This document shows positions 63,477 to 64,000 of a DNA stretch of 64,000 nucleotides, piece by piece (within the stretch, counting starts at the first letter, position 1; each line of letters opens with the position of its first letter). This stretch comes from Ramazzottius varieornatus (taxonomy: Eukaryota > Animalia > Tardigrada), in the NCBI GenBank assembly GCA_001949185.1, contig BDGG01000005.1:2221249-2285248 (forward strand). The letters are read 5' to 3'. The translations under genes and the position numbers were made by a program. The notes under the pieces were generated by a model that ran no database searches, was not told the origin of the DNA, and was given only the letters and a program-made list of their open reading frames with translations.

Positions 63477-64000
63477 TCATGATATCAGTGTCGATCTGTA
63501 CGTGAAGATGAAGTAGTCATGGGATAACTTTACAACGAGCCCAACATGGGGAACTAGGAAACTTCGAGCACCAAGACGAAATTTAGAGGCATCGATAAAA
63601 CAGTCGAAATGACCACTTCTACTGTTCAGGAATGCGTTTTACACGGTTTGCGGCTTTGTAGTGGGTTCTGATACTGCGGGTAATTTTCTTTTTCTTCTTC
63701 TGCATGAAACATTGGCAACACAGAATACTGACGAAGGCGCTGCGGAACTCTTGAGAGAACCCGGCGTAGATTAGGGGATTGAGCATCGAGTTGAAGTATC
63801 CCAGCCAGAGGAAGAAGGCGTATATCCGTTTGTCAATTTCCTACGAAACGTGACCAATCGTTTGTCGATCATTCAATTAAAATTCTCCAATAAACTCAGT
63901 TTGGTGAGTTGACTTTTTCCCGACGAACCTTCAACGCCGGAACAAAGGGTTCAAGAGTATAGATGACGAAGAACCCCATCCAACAGGCCACGAAGGAGCA
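63477..64000 (-). CDS. 3' part of a class A biogenic-amine GPCR (TM6, TM7, helix 8); partial, C-terminus uncertain
   Basis: SFVACWMGFFVIY; FFLWLGYFNSMLNPLIYAGFSQEFRSAF..CC. Confidence 0.88.

Overview
Gene-dense animal (eukaryotic) genomic DNA with mostly short (~55-100 nt) GT-AG introns. The compactness and gene set would fit a micro-invertebrate such as a tardigrade, but that is inference only. Recognisable genes in order: OATP/SLCO transporter, ERI1-type exonuclease, MIER (ELM2-SANT), FGFR1OP2/SIKE, PLD6/Zucchini, a T-box factor, a secreted LysM protein, SNX14, MFSD11, VPS8, INTS13/Asunder, SMARCE1/BAF57, MCRS1 and the 3' part of an amine GPCR. There are also four orphan genes. A decayed Tc4/Tc5-like transposon (31261-36285) carries a nested pogo-like element (32447-35092). 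Highlights not shown by the ORF track: (1) four paralogous box C/D snoRNAs in VPS8 introns that all carry the same 28S rRNA antisense guide; (2) a ~100-130 bp fully palindromic foldback element present about 12 times, 11 of them in introns, with arm-to-arm covariation; (3) an in-frame TGA between the N-terminal membrane anchor and the catalytic domain of PLD6; (4) a MITE inserted into a splice donor. Exon boundaries were read by eye, and gene spans include introns.
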